Source: a virus (lineage: Duplodnaviria > Caudoviricetes). Taken from it: a stretch of 64,000 nt of DNA. Both the position numbers and the translations under genes were made by a program. The stretch spans positions 6,365 to 70,364 of IMG/VR virus record IMGVR_UViG_3300025390_000524. The stretch is one strand, 5' to 3'. Shown here piece by piece: positions 19,201 to 28,341 of the stretch. Position 1 is the stretch's first letter. Each line of letters begins with the position of its first letter. Below the pieces are notes generated by a model, which searched no databases, was not told the origin of the DNA, and worked only from the letters and a program-made list of their open reading frames with translations.

Positions 19201-21542
19201 TGATATAATCCAGCAATCTGTCCTTGAGATGCACTTTCAGCTTGTGCAGTTAGAATACTAGCAGCAGATTTTCCAAGTGTTCTATTAGCTAAACCCTGTT
19301 CAATTTGTAGTTTGCTGGCTGATAATTGATTTTCGGTTAAAGATTTAAGTACACTTAATCTAGCGTTGTTTTTTTCAAAATCAGTTTGAAGATCTGTTAA
19401 AACTCCACGAGAACTTGAAACAACATCACTACTTGTTTCTGTTTTAGATTCAGTTTTTGCATTGCTACTTGGTGCTAAATGCAAATATTTTAAAACTCCT
19501 TCTAATTGAGGAGGAAGATTAAACCCTTTAAATAATCCAGCAATCGAGTTTTGAATTTTATGCAATAGTCCATCAAAACTTTGCATAGCTGAATACATTG
19601 CATCAATGTAAAATTTGTTTGCTTCAAAAATTGGTTTAATTATTGCAAATTTTAATAACTTTATTAAAACTTTATCAACTGAAATAGAAATTGAATTGAA
19701 TACTGAAAAAGCTCGTCCAATAATACTGCCAAGTTCTTGAAAAGTATCTTTATGACGTTCAAAAGCATCAAACATTCTATTGATTACTGAGGCAGCAGCT
19801 CCAGCCGCAGCTACTAACTGTGTACCGATTGCAGCTTGTAATCCTTTTATATGCATCTGCAAACGTTCAAGCTGAGCTGTAGTTGTTGATTGAGCTTCTT
19901 TAGCACCACCTTTGTTTTCTTTTTCTAATTGCGTACCAACTTTTTCTAGGAATTCGTAGGGGTCAAGTTCTTGTTTTCTTACCAGTTTTAATAACTGTTG
20001 TTGATTTACGCCATAGGCTCTAGATGCTGTACCAAGAAATCCTGGTAATATTCTTGGGATTTCTTTGGAAAGTACCCTAGAGTCCAATTCACCAGACATG
20101 GCTATGCGGTTGATATATTCTAAACCTTCTGCCTGTTCATCTTTAGTTAAACGTTTAGCAATAAAAGCAGTTTGAAATCCTCTAATTACCTGATCGCTGT
20201 TTTTAGAATTTGCTAAAGAAGTTCCGTAGGAGTTGACTTGTAAATTAGCAGAAGCCAACGCCAACTTGGATGCACTACCACCATATTCGTTGGTAAATTC
20301 TTTAAAATATTTAAGTTCATCAGTAGCTTTGGTTGTAGAACCAGTAATCTGTTCTAATTTAAATCTGATTCTTTCTAAACTTTCGGCAGTGTCATAGGCA
20401 TCAGTAATAATAGAATTAAACATCTGTGCAGCCGAGGTTGCCGCCATAGCAAAAGGTTGGGCTAACAGAGCGCCAATTGCTGCTGGACCAAGCATGCCAG
20501 TAACACTACTAAAACTTTGGGTAAATCCACTAATCAATCCACTTACAAAGCTAGAACCTTGAGATTGCCCTTGTTGTGGCGTCAAAATTGGTGGTGGTGT
20601 GATTTTATTGCTTGTTAAATTATTTAAAGCAGCCTGGACAGAACCAGTACCGTTTTTTATTGATTGCACAACACTATTAACCATTCCATTTTGTTGTGGA
20701 TTGGTAGTAGTGGGTGAAGTATGGGTGATTTGATTTAACGCATTTTGGACAAGCGCTGTACCTTTTCTAATTCCAATTGCTAAACCAGCAGCTATATCTT
20801 CTCCAATCTTTTCAAATATTTTTGATGGTGATTGTGTTTGAGTAGCTTTTCTGGTAGCTTGTTCTGCCGCTATACCCAAATCTGCAGCAGCTTTGGAAAC
20901 ATCAACTTTTCCTTTGTTTATACCCTGTGATAGACCTTCACTGATTTCTTTACCAACTCTCTGCCAAGTTTGGTCTGCTTGATTGGTAAATTTACTAAGG
21001 TTTTTGACAATCGATAATGAATCTTCTATTTCTTGATCAAAAAGCTGGGCTGAAGCTGGTTTTATCTTTTTAGAACGGCTTTTAGAAGTAGTTGTAGTAG
21101 TAGAACTAGAATCAATATCTAATCCAGTAAATTCACCCTTGATTTGTTTAAACTTGGCACTGAGAGCGTCAAGCTGAAGATTGATTTTAGTTAAGCTAGC
21201 ATCATTTACCTTGATTTCTAATGGCGCACTATTAAAATAATTTCTAACTTGGGCATAGTGGCTTTGTTTTAAAGTTAAATGCTGATTTAACGCAGTTAGA
21301 GCTTTGTCGTCTACTTTAAGTACCAGTGGATTGCTAAACTGGCTTTCAAGCTTAGTGTAAATATTAGAAATGGCTTCCAGTTTGGATTTGATGTTAGCGC
21401 CATCACCCATTGAGATATTAACTTTAAACTTAATATCCTTAGCACCAAGCCCAGCTAAATCATCCTGTGCTTTCTTTAATGAAGCGTCAAACTCAGAACG
21501 ATTTAACTTTAACCCAACCTCTAAAGAACCTAAGCTTGCCAT
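16209..21542 (-). CDS. Tape measure protein with internal GH73-like glucosaminidase domain
   Basis: 1777 aa. 'MASLGSLEVGLKLNRSEF' start; tape-measure core 'LEQITGSTTKATDELKYF..GELDSRVLSKEIPRILPG'; muralytic insert 'AAQFIQETG..HNWFN..GYAEDPNY'. Confidence 0.88.
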   Translation of the reverse strand: MASLGSLEVGLKLNRSEFDASLKKAQDDLAGLGAKDIKFKVNISMGDGANIKSKLEAISNIYTKLESQFSNPLVLKVDDKALTALNQHLTLKQSHYAQVRNYFNSAPLEIKVNDASLTKINLQLDALSAKFKQIKGEFTGLDIDSSSTTTTTSKSRSKKIKPASAQLFDQEIEDSLSIVKNLSKFTNQADQTWQRVGKEISEGLSQGINKGKVDVSKAAADLGIAAEQATRKATQTQSPSKIFEKIGEDIAAGLAIGIRKGTALVQNALNQITHTSPTTTNPQQNGMVNSVVQSIKNGTGSVQAALNNLTSNKITPPPILTPQQGQSQGSSFVSGLISGFTQSFSSVTGMLGPAAIGALLAQPFAMAATSAAQMFNSIITDAYDTAESLERIRFKLEQITGSTTKATDELKYFKEFTNEYGGSASKLALASANLQVNSYGTSLANSKNSDQVIRGFQTAFIAKRLTKDEQAEGLEYINRIAMSGELDSRVLSKEIPRILPGFLGTASRAYGVNQQQLLKLVRKQELDPYEFLEKVGTQLEKENKGGAKEAQSTTTAQLERLQMHIKGLQAAIGTQLVAAAGAAASVINRMFDAFERHKDTFQELGSIIGRAFSVFNSISISVDKVLIKLLKFAIIKPIFEANKFYIDAMYSAMQSFDGLLHKIQNSIAGLFKGFNLPPQLEGVLKYLHLAPSSNAKTESKTETSSDVVSSSRGVLTDLQTDFEKNNARLSVLKSLTENQLSASKLQIEQGLANRTLGKSAASILTAQAESASQGQIAGLYQQQFSSTRGKLAGQFDTTEGKQVLAYLQQYGLNRNNILSGNANVEGIISHINEDTNPANKNYLPFLHVIQDLYGAKAGAMGAETGQAQAQAQAEDAMRSLQEQFRSLNNSITDFGTELKKSLLESQNALKEAKENLKADQFKRDYLAGKTAGTGSAFDSIFNILDNYETKMRQINAAQDKSGTDKLSIEQNAVKLARQSEELERQKVEMQRNLGGQIVSTFANNAAHLTKINDSVNSIVNTFSSAAAQLEASQSHVSGNVQGPNLPASGLIGNGRNISLEGLDQKDPIKRQRQMFQRAYALAQAAGDPQAAVTAAQFIQETGGNQSSVIGAHNWFNQTGVPGKDSGVWHSGGVMHPSKQYFKNYSSDEAAFIDHANHWNGKLSGVSPLAAIQDIQRRGYAEDPNYIPSIVSLLKQNGINPYGASAQSTSTTQIGPHISNVKIGDYIDPAKMKSPYAGSINQIKTNQLASNAIETQDNKLKKEIENLEIAQITKQDLFAKQDEQIKLDKLLSKLTITQNNQKLTQLSQSYSTADQQRQEAIDSALAGYTSYIENITATENEFKRKSESSAKDIELLKRRLALSKQLGADQETIKNLTDDITQATINQAKYKQIAKTYKDLGNNAKAPGTEENIINNTTNKFNLDQGIANAQYSANLNSQYAAAQSRKTFDPFGSINVAASIEKLKADFKAQDRDLEIEIKTKLNIDPNGPEANEMRRQLQAVQEDQIEQAKLNGNKVASGFSTGFADGITGLIDRSKTPLQALEGLLKAILQPIAKNVGDYFAKQLTDSIFGTGTGSNNNNIVANIMDGIKQQVNPDSNFRLDNRLSFNNVNGNDVQTMQSGVALGAGLGTEFANFGAPIVGNLFKGLLGFYQGGMVRNYASGGLIDLGAQAASALTTEQLQNGGITPVLAALTPGEYVVPKNQVNAMLNPQNMAINDFTNASMGIGGIGGQVSSSVNHTINNNWNVAIHQGNAGGMSDSQVRAYNQMQTDRSLKRFG

Positions 21543-21588
21543 GCCAAAACCTCTATACTAATATTAGTATTATAGACTGAGGCATCTA

Positions 21589-21765
21589 ATGAATTTACAA
21601 ATAATTAAAGCATTAACGCCGTTAATCTTGGCGTTTTTAGGTTCTGGTTTAGAAGCCTATGCGGTTGCTGTCAAAAACGAATCTGTGCAGCCTGTAGCAA
21701 TGGTTTTAGTTGGAGCAGCAGCTGGTTTAGCTAATCCAATTAATAAAAATGATGAACCAAAATAA
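21589..21765 (+). CDS. Small two-helix membrane protein (holin-like), missing from the ORF track
   Basis: My translation is MNLQIIKALTPLILAFLGSGLEAYAVAVKNESVQPVAMVLVGAAAGLANPINKNDEPK (58 aa): two hydrophobic stretches and a charged tail. Confidence 0.45.
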   Translation: MNLQIIKALTPLILAFLGSGLEAYAVAVKNESVQPVAMVLVGAAAGLANPINKNDEPK

Positions 21766-21767
21766 TA

Positions 21768-22058
21768 TTAAGTTTTCTTGGTAATCAGTTTAAAAAGAAA
21801 AATAGAATCAATTATCAAATAAAACCAACTCAAGACAACATATTCAAAATATAGTTTACGCAAGCTTGGCAAAAACAAAACATCAGAAACAAATCTACAG
21901 ATGATACCCCAATCTGGTTGGTCTCCTAGCAAAAGAAAATAGCCAAAAACATTTAAAAACAATGCTATTTTGTTGAGCATTAACCAATTTGTAGATATGG
22001 TGTAACAACCGATTCTTCCACACCATAATCTAATAATCTCAATAACCAAGCATTCCAA
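21768..22058 (-). CDS. Hypothetical membrane protein
   Basis: Hydrophobic ORF; true start probably at the internal M ('MLNKIALF'). Confidence 0.35.
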   Translation of the reverse strand: MECLVIEIIRLWCGRIGCYTISTNWLMLNKIALFLNVFGYFLLLGDQPDWGIICRFVSDVLFLPSLRKLYFEYVVLSWFYLIIDSIFLFKLITKKT

Positions 22059-22636
22059 AATCCATTAAGTTGCTCTTTATCTAATACAAATAACTGTTTA
22101 CCATTGGGGGTCAAGGCAATAATTAAACCCTGTTCTACTTTAAGCTCTGGTCTGGCATATTCTATAGCACCAGCATAGGCGGCTAATTGCGTAAAATCAT
22201 CTTCCAACCAAGTTTCTAATACTGGTTTAGATTTGGTTTTAAAATCAATAATTGTCAATTTACCTTCCCAGTAAGCCAGTAAATCAAACCTTCCTTGATA
22301 ATCCAATTCTCCATGAATTACTGGTTGTTCAATTGCAAATGGATATTCAATTTTTGGAAGCAATAAATCCATCTGCTCCCAATATTTAAAAACTTCTAAA
22401 GTTTCTAGATATTCAGTGTCGTATCGTTGCTGGATGGCAGGTTCATTGCCTTTCAAACGCTCTTCAATTAAGGCATGGATAACTTCACCACGAACCTTAG
22501 AATTGGCAATAATTGCCTCGGCTTCAGATTCACCTACCCTTGCTCTCCAGTTGGCTAGCATTGTCTTTTTTTCGATTGATTGTGTTTTGTTTAGAATTTT
22601 AGATACCGAAGGTAGTTTAGGATAAGCCATAATCAC
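21980..22636 (-). CDS. PD-(D/E)XK exonuclease (Cas4-like phage recombination nuclease)
   Basis: 'LPSVSKIL', 'RGEVIH', 'YQGRFDLL', 'IIDFKT', 'QLAAYAGA'. Confidence 0.82.
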   Translation of the reverse strand: MIMAYPKLPSVSKILNKTQSIEKKTMLANWRARVGESEAEAIIANSKVRGEVIHALIEERLKGNEPAIQQRYDTEYLETLEVFKYWEQMDLLLPKIEYPFAIEQPVIHGELDYQGRFDLLAYWEGKLTIIDFKTKSKPVLETWLEDDFTQLAAYAGAIEYARPELKVEQGLIIALTPNGKQLFVLDKEQLNGFWNAWLLRLLDYGVEESVVTPYLQIG

Positions 22637-22691
22637 AACTAGGGAAATTAAATTTGAAAGCTATATCTGGTAAGCGTTTTAAGCCTGTCCC

Positions 22692-23642
22692 TTAGCAAGG
22701 TAAACTTATTTGTTTTAAAGTTTCACTATGGTTATGGTTAGGAGAATGTCCATTGCTATAGGGTTTAATTTCTTGCTTTTTAGGTTCGTTGGAAATAGAT
22801 TTTGCAAAATAATCAGTTGAATATTCAAAGCCAAAACATTCACGAAAAACTCTAGCTCTAGCTTTTATGGCAACGTCTAAAGTTGAATAATTTGCCGTAG
22901 GAAATTTAATACGGGTACTTTCTTTATCCGTTGCTATTATCTGTAATATGTAAGGTGAAATACATTTGTATCTATTATTATAAATAAATGGTTCCTTTGT
23001 AGATTTTGGATAGCTTTCCAGAAAATTTAGTGAACCTTTAAGTCCCAATATTTTATCTTTAATTGCATTAATTAGATTATTAGTTCTAATTGTTTCTTTT
23101 TGAGTCAAAACTGATTCAATTTTATCTAAATAAAATTTGTTTTCTACCTTGTTTGTCGTAACAATAGACGAAGGAGAAAAATCATGAATCGACTTTAAAT
23201 TTAATATTGAAGGTGTACCCACCTTTTTCAAGATATAGCTAGTATCTGCATAAAAAGCATGGGGAACGAAACTATAAAATTTTTTTTTATGTTCTTCTAG
23301 ATCATTTTTGTGGATGACCTCGACTATTGCTATAAGTTCGTTATTTTGAATGATGGCAATATCGGCTACACAAAATACGTTAAAACCCAATTCTATTAAC
23401 TGGTCATACGAAGGACTTTGATTAAATAGCATTGAAATTTTGCCATTTTCAACCTTGGTAAGATTTGTCCAAGGTCTATGTCCAGTATCTTTATCGGTTT
23501 TTAATAATGGATATTCACAATAGGCTTTGCAGGTAGAATTTAAAGTCAATCCTTGAATTTGTATACCTTCATTAATCCATTTACAAATATCTTGTTTAGC
23601 GTGAAAATGAGCACGAGATTCGTTATTTGTATAATCAGCCAT
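22692..23642 (-). CDS. Putative PD-(D/E)XK (CoiA-like) nuclease with AP2-like C-terminal DNA-binding segment
   Basis: 'ESRAHFHAK', 'VADIAII..AIVEVIHKN' and C-terminal 'YSTLDVAIKARARVFRECFG'. Confidence 0.45.
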   Translation of the reverse strand: MADYTNNESRAHFHAKQDICKWINEGIQIQGLTLNSTCKAYCEYPLLKTDKDTGHRPWTNLTKVENGKISMLFNQSPSYDQLIELGFNVFCVADIAIIQNNELIAIVEVIHKNDLEEHKKKFYSFVPHAFYADTSYILKKVGTPSILNLKSIHDFSPSSIVTTNKVENKFYLDKIESVLTQKETIRTNNLINAIKDKILGLKGSLNFLESYPKSTKEPFIYNNRYKCISPYILQIIATDKESTRIKFPTANYSTLDVAIKARARVFRECFGFEYSTDYFAKSISNEPKKQEIKPYSNGHSPNHNHSETLKQISLPC

Positions 23643-23786
23643 GTTATTTTTAGTTGCATCTACAAGACAACTATACCAAAGTTGCTAGAACCCTTATTTG
23701 CCCCAATTTCTGACCATATCTTTATCTAAGTACTTGTGAGAATATAGTACAAATACTCTATAATTAAGGTAAATTATATAGGGTGT

Positions 23787-24536
23787 TTGGCGATGGGTAA
23801 AGATTATCCTGCTAGTGGTAAGAAGTCCAAGAAGGCTGAAACTATAACTGAAGCCAAGCACCAGCAAGATTTTTTTAATGACCCAGATTACAAGAATTCT
23901 AAATACAAGGTGTTGCACCCCAAGAATGACCACCAACGGCAATACCTCGAATCACTAGCCACCAATACCATTACTATTGCTATAGGACCGCCAGGAACAG
24001 CTAAAACTCTCCTGGCTCTTTATTATGGATTTGTCCAACGGCAACAGGGGAATCTAGAAAAAATATATTATTTAAAACCTCATGTTGGCTGTTCTTGGGA
24101 ACGAGATATTGGAGCTACTCCAGGTACGCTGAAAGAAAAACTAGGAGATGTTTTGCTTGACCCAGTAAAAGATAATCTGCCAGTATTTATGAGTGCTGGA
24201 GAAGCAGCTTACCACCTAGATAAAGGTACAGTTGAAGCCAAGTTGTTTGCTAATATTCGTGGTGCAACTTTTAGGGATTGTTTGGTTTTGTTAGACGAAG
24301 CGCAAAATCTACCACCAGAGGCAGTTAAAACTTTTTTAACTAGACTTGGTTCTAACTGCACAATGGTAATCTGTGGAGATCCTAACCAACAAGATGTCAA
24401 ATTAATCAACAATGGACTGCTCGATTGTGCCCATCGGCTCTACAACCTCAAGGGTGTTGGTATTGTTGAGTTTACTAGAGAAGATGTTGTCAGGCATGGT
24501 CTGATCAAGCATATTTTGGATAGGTACGAAACTTAG
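23787..24536 (+). CDS. phoH: PhoH-family ATPase
   Basis: 'AIGPPGTAKT', 'IRGATF', 'LLDEAQN', 'TRLG', 'CGDPNQQD', 'EDVVRH'. Confidence 0.92.
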   Translation: MAMGKDYPASGKKSKKAETITEAKHQQDFFNDPDYKNSKYKVLHPKNDHQRQYLESLATNTITIAIGPPGTAKTLLALYYGFVQRQQGNLEKIYYLKPHVGCSWERDIGATPGTLKEKLGDVLLDPVKDNLPVFMSAGEAAYHLDKGTVEAKLFANIRGATFRDCLVLLDEAQNLPPEAVKTFLTRLGSNCTMVICGDPNQQDVKLINNGLLDCAHRLYNLKGVGIVEFTREDVVRHGLIKHILDRYET

Positions 24537-25000
24537 ATTTTGCTATCAGTAGAGCCAAAACCACCACGTTTGACTGTTCTAGGGTCAATGTCAACTTCTT
24601 GTAACGTCTGGTTAATTCTTGGATGAATTACCAATTGCGCTACCCTTTCTCCTGCTCTTAATAAAACTGGTTGGTGGTGAGCATAGAGAGCCAAGAGGAT
24701 TTCACCAGTATAGGCAGGATCTATTACACCTACAAAATTTGCTAGTCCTATACCCTTTTTGCTATTACTAGAACGGCTATAAATTCCATACCAATAATCG
24801 TAATTATCTGGAATTAACACTATGCCAGTTTTAGCGTGTTTTAATTCGTATTTTTCAGTTTCAATATTAAATGGAATTTGATTATACGGCAATACCAAAT
24901 GGTCTTCGGCTAAATGGATATCGTAACCAGCATCGGATTTGTGCCCAGGTTTGGTTAATTGTAATGTGGGACAATGAGGTAAGCGTAAAAATTTCAACAT
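24533..25000 (-). CDS. dut: dUTPase
   Basis: All five motifs present: DAGYD, RSS, GVIDPAYTGE, GERVAQ, RGGFGST. Likely start ATG 25000. Confidence 0.92.
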   Translation of the reverse strand: MLKFLRLPHCPTLQLTKPGHKSDAGYDIHLAEDHLVLPYNQIPFNIETEKYELKHAKTGIVLIPDNYDYWYGIYSRSSNSKKGIGLANFVGVIDPAYTGEILLALYAHHQPVLLRAGERVAQLVIHPRINQTLQEVDIDPRTVKRGGFGSTDSKI

Positions 25001-25025
25001 AAACCAAAATAATTGCTTGATTATT

Positions 25026-25763
25026 ATGATTATAAACGACCTGTATTTCAAAGCTAGAACACTATCTTCTACACCCAATCCATACTCTACAATTTGGACA
25101 GCAGCACATGGCGATTATTGTGAAGATTTTATTGGAGATGAATGGGCTCAAGAACTCTGGCCAGATGAACATCGATCTTGGGCATTGATTGAAAAAAATC
25201 TATTACATAACCATCGTCCGCATGCAGGCCCGTTAGAACATGCACAGATAGTAATTGCTATTGGGGGGTTTCCGCATGATGTTATGGTTCAGCATAGAAC
25301 CCACAGGCTAGCTAGTTTTGATGTGCAATCTCAACGCTATACAGGACAAAGGGTGGTTGATATGGTCGAAAATCAACGAGAAATTGAAGAGGTTTTTTAT
25401 TTTAGACCAGTTGGTAAATATAAAGATAGAGTTGGTCATTATTTTGAATATACCGATGATATGCGCCAAAACGATATCTGGAATACTCGTCAATCTGCAA
25501 TAACCTATACCAACAATATTGCATTAGGTATGCCTCCAGAAATGGCGCGTCAATACCTTAGCCAAAATATTAGGCAAAACTACACCTTTAGTTGCAATGC
25601 CAGGTCAATATTGCATTTTTTCAATATGCGTACAGCCAAAGATGCCCAGATAGAAATTCAAACACTCTGTGAATATATTTTTATTGAATTTACTAAGTGG
25701 ATGCCAGAACTTGCTGAATATTATCGCAACAAATACTGGGGGAAATCTAGTTTAGGGTTTTAA
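25026..25763 (+). CDS. thyX: Flavin-dependent thymidylate synthase
   Basis: 'PLEHAQI', 'RTHRLASFDVQSQRY' (ThyX motif), 'PEMARQYL', 'AQIEIQ'. Likely start ATG 25026. Confidence 0.88.
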   Translation: MIINDLYFKARTLSSTPNPYSTIWTAAHGDYCEDFIGDEWAQELWPDEHRSWALIEKNLLHNHRPHAGPLEHAQIVIAIGGFPHDVMVQHRTHRLASFDVQSQRYTGQRVVDMVENQREIEEVFYFRPVGKYKDRVGHYFEYTDDMRQNDIWNTRQSAITYTNNIALGMPPEMARQYLSQNIRQNYTFSCNARSILHFFNMRTAKDAQIEIQTLCEYIFIEFTKWMPELAEYYRNKYWGKSSLGF

Positions 25764-25767
25764 AACT

Positions 25768-25965
25768 ATGCAGACTGGTGATTTTGTCAGGTTAAAATAC
25801 AGCATTCCACTAGCTGGGTTGACCAAGGGAGATGTAGGCGTGATTGTCTTGGTCAGAGCCAATTACCTGCATTATGATGTGGAGTTCGATATAGGCAAAA
25901 TATTAACGTTGTTGGAAGAAGATTTAGAATTGGTTACCTCTTTGCAACTTTGTAAAGAAACCTAA
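25768..25965 (+). CDS. DUF4926-like small protein
   Basis: 'GDFVRL..GLTKGDVGVIV..YDVEF'. Confidence 0.55.
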   Translation: MQTGDFVRLKYSIPLAGLTKGDVGVIVLVRANYLHYDVEFDIGKILTLLEEDLELVTSLQLCKET

Positions 25966-26162
25966 ATTAAGTCCAAATATTTTATGCAGAGCACAAAAAC
26001 TTTACTGTGACTTGATTTGAAGCATTTAGCCTTTGTTGTATTTAACCTGGGCTTTTGTTTTTACAAGAATTTGGCAATAAATACTTGCGCATATAAGATA
26101 TTGTGTGCTAACTTAGTAGAAAGTCAATCACTACATGACTGAACTCTACAAGGACAAACCAA

Positions 26163-26606
26163 ATGTACGCTACACACGCCGCAATCGACAACATCATCTT
26201 CGCTCCCTTCATGTACGCTTTCGTTATAATCGCAGTTTTAGCCCTTGCTGGCAAAAAACCAGCCGCTTCTGCTACTTCCGCTTCAGCACCAGCTCCAACT
26301 CCAGCTCCTATCGCTCCAGCACCAACTACTTCTGCTATTGTTGTAGCCCCCGCTTCAACTCCAGAACCTACTGCAATTGTTATTGCACCCAAGCAAACTA
26401 TTGCTACTTTAATTACCGAAGCAGTGCAAGCACCTGCTAGACCACAATTAACTCAAATTGACAGCAAAACTCTAGCCTGCATTTTTGTAGATAGAGAAGA
26501 ACCTGTCAAACTTTCAACACCTGTCAACACAAATAAAAAAGGAGGGAAAACTAAGCGCAACAAGCGCAGTATCAAGAACCTTATCGCAGAGCAAATGCTC
26601 ACCTAA
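26163..26606 (+). CDS. Membrane-anchored Ala/Pro/Thr-rich hypothetical protein
   Basis: N-terminal TM segment, an 'APAPTPAPIAPAPT' linker and a basic C-terminus. Confidence 0.5.
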   Translation: MYATHAAIDNIIFAPFMYAFVIIAVLALAGKKPAASATSASAPAPTPAPIAPAPTTSAIVVAPASTPEPTAIVIAPKQTIATLITEAVQAPARPQLTQIDSKTLACIFVDREEPVKLSTPVNTNKKGGKTKRNKRSIKNLIAEQMLT

Positions 26607-26615
26607 AATAAACAA

Positions 26616-26648
26616 AGACCCTTTCCAATAGCGGAAGGGGTCTAACTT
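26616..26648. terminator. Hairpin terminator between convergent genes
   Basis: AGACCCTTTCC-AATAGC-GGAAGGGGTCT imperfect inverted repeat between converging ORFs. Confidence 0.6.
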
Positions 26649-26971
26649 TAATGAGTAGAGACGCTTTTAGCATCAAAGTTTATTCTACTCGATATCAAAT
26701 TTACATAATAATCAAGAATTTTCTCGGTCGGCTCTCCTTTTTTTATACTGGAGATAGTACCGAGCATTGTTGTGTGTTCGTTTGGATTGGATAGCCAACG
26801 TATTCCTAGATTTTCGTCAATATAAATCATAGTAGAAGAATTCCAATTGCGTTCAAAGCAATCGGTAACGATTCCTAGTAAGGTTTTAGCAGCTTCATTT
26901 ATCAATGCTTGTTTCAAGGTGTTCGATATTTGCCTGTTGCAATATAGATTCATAGAGGTCGGGTACTCCAA
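26648..26971 (-). CDS. Hypothetical protein
   Basis: 107-aa ORF only. Confidence 0.45.
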   Translation of the reverse strand: MEYPTSMNLYCNRQISNTLKQALINEAAKTLLGIVTDCFERNWNSSTMIYIDENLGIRWLSNPNEHTTMLGTISSIKKGEPTEKILDYYVNLISSRINFDAKSVSTH

Positions 26972-27389
26972 TAATTTCTCTTAAAATGTTGGGTGGTAGA
27001 TTTCCAGAATTCCTAGCTTTGATGATGATGATTGCGGTTTCCTGGTCAATTTTTTCTGATTGTTTAGCAGATTTGAGATCGTATGGTAAAAAGTCCCATA
27101 GTGTTTTCTGGACAGATTTATCGTGGTCTCGGATATATTCGTAAACCATCCAAGCGATGTTAGCTGCTGCCATAGAATGGGCATTGGCTTCGGTTGCTTT
27201 GGTTTTTTTTACGCCTTGCCAAACTTTGAGGATTAAACTAGCAGGATAATTATAAAAATCATCAAGTGGTAGTCCCCAAGCTACCCATTCATAAAATATT
27301 TGTTCCCAATCTGGTTGATTACCTGTATAGTATTCAATCTGAGCATTGAGGACTATATCTAGGGTTTGGGCTTCCCCGTGCGTTCCCAA
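26895..27389 (-). CDS. Tail assembly chaperone, gpT-like segment (probably reached by -1 frameshift)
   Basis: Lies in the -1 frame overlapping the end of the upstream ORF, with only a TTG start; contains 'WEQIFYEWVAWGLPLDDFYNYP'. Confidence 0.5.
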   Translation of the reverse strand: MGTHGEAQTLDIVLNAQIEYYTGNQPDWEQIFYEWVAWGLPLDDFYNYPASLILKVWQGVKKTKATEANAHSMAAANIAWMVYEYIRDHDKSVQKTLWDFLPYDLKSAKQSEKIDQETAIIIIKARNSGNLPPNILREIIGVPDLYESILQQANIEHLETSIDK

Positions 27390-28042
27390 CCGTTAATTTC
27401 TTGGGTAACAAAGTTGGCAAGTGCTCCTCTTAGCCCACTATGTAAAGCACGAACATTATCTATAGTAAAATTTACTTTTTCTTCTGAACGTTTACCTGAA
27501 AGAAACTTGGCAATCAAAGCTACATAATATTCGTCGTAGGCATTAGAATAAGCTTCTTGAACTTGGTTGTAATGCTCAGTATGGTCAGCCAAAAGGTCAG
27601 CAATTGCTAGATTTTCGCTTTTGATTTCATTGCGGATATTAGCTAGCTGTTCACTATATTCTAAATAGGATTCATTGTTTTTTTTAGCTTTAGCAATGCT
27701 TTCTAAAATATCTGCTTCATTTTCTTTGAGACCTTGATTGGTTCTGGTAGTAACTTCAGATGGAGTTAATCCAGTGATTTCTGCAATGTTTTTTATGGCA
27801 TTGAAATAATTTTTAGCAGAATCTAGATAGGTAGTATGTTGTTCTTTGACGGCTTCATCTTCGCTTGGATGGATACCATTGCGTTTTAAAAGTTTGATAC
27901 CAACATTGCCGTCTTCCTCGGAGACAATCTTTTCTAATAGTTTAATTTCTGGAGAATCGAAACTAAATTCTATCCACTCTGGCTCTAACTGTAAAAAATA
28001 ATAGGTTGGTTTAAATTTAGCTAAAAGTGAAGTGGTTGTCAT
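27359..28042 (-). CDS. Tail assembly chaperone, gpG-like
   Basis: Downstream of the tail-tube genes; helical and acidic; ends just after a G GGG AAG run. Confidence 0.5.
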   Translation of the reverse strand: MTTTSLLAKFKPTYYFLQLEPEWIEFSFDSPEIKLLEKIVSEEDGNVGIKLLKRNGIHPSEDEAVKEQHTTYLDSAKNYFNAIKNIAEITGLTPSEVTTRTNQGLKENEADILESIAKAKKNNESYLEYSEQLANIRNEIKSENLAIADLLADHTEHYNQVQEAYSNAYDEYYVALIAKFLSGKRSEEKVNFTIDNVRALHSGLRGALANFVTQEINGWERTGKPKP

Positions 28043-28308
28043 AGTAAGTCCAATTCTAAATATTGCACAATCCTAGAAGAATTCATTTTAATTAACTCTT
28101 CTGGTAATACTATTTTAATACAATTGCTTTTCTGTTCATTTGGGTAAACTTGGACAATTGAATTAGTAATACCCGTGCCAAAATAACAAAAATTAGCTAA
28201 TAGTTTACGTCGATGGATTGTAGCATTTGCTATCCAAACTAAATCCCCTTGAGTCCAGTGTGAACGCAAGAGGTTAAATTTTGTCCTTTGTTTGTTAACA
28301 GTAGGCAC
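28039..28308 (-). CDS. Hypothetical protein
   Basis: 89-aa ORF within the operon. Confidence 0.4.
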   Translation of the reverse strand: MPTVNKQRTKFNLLRSHWTQGDLVWIANATIHRRKLLANFCYFGTGITNSIVQVYPNEQKSNCIKIVLPEELIKMNSSRIVQYLELDLL

Positions 28309-28341
28309 AATGATTAGCCCCCATTGCTGAGGGCATTAATT

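Noticed and set aside
21980-22636. Cas4-like nuclease as part of the CRISPR-IscB system
   Set aside because: It is 13 kb from the arrays, lacks the Cas4 Fe-S cysteines, and this family is a routine phage recombination exonuclease.
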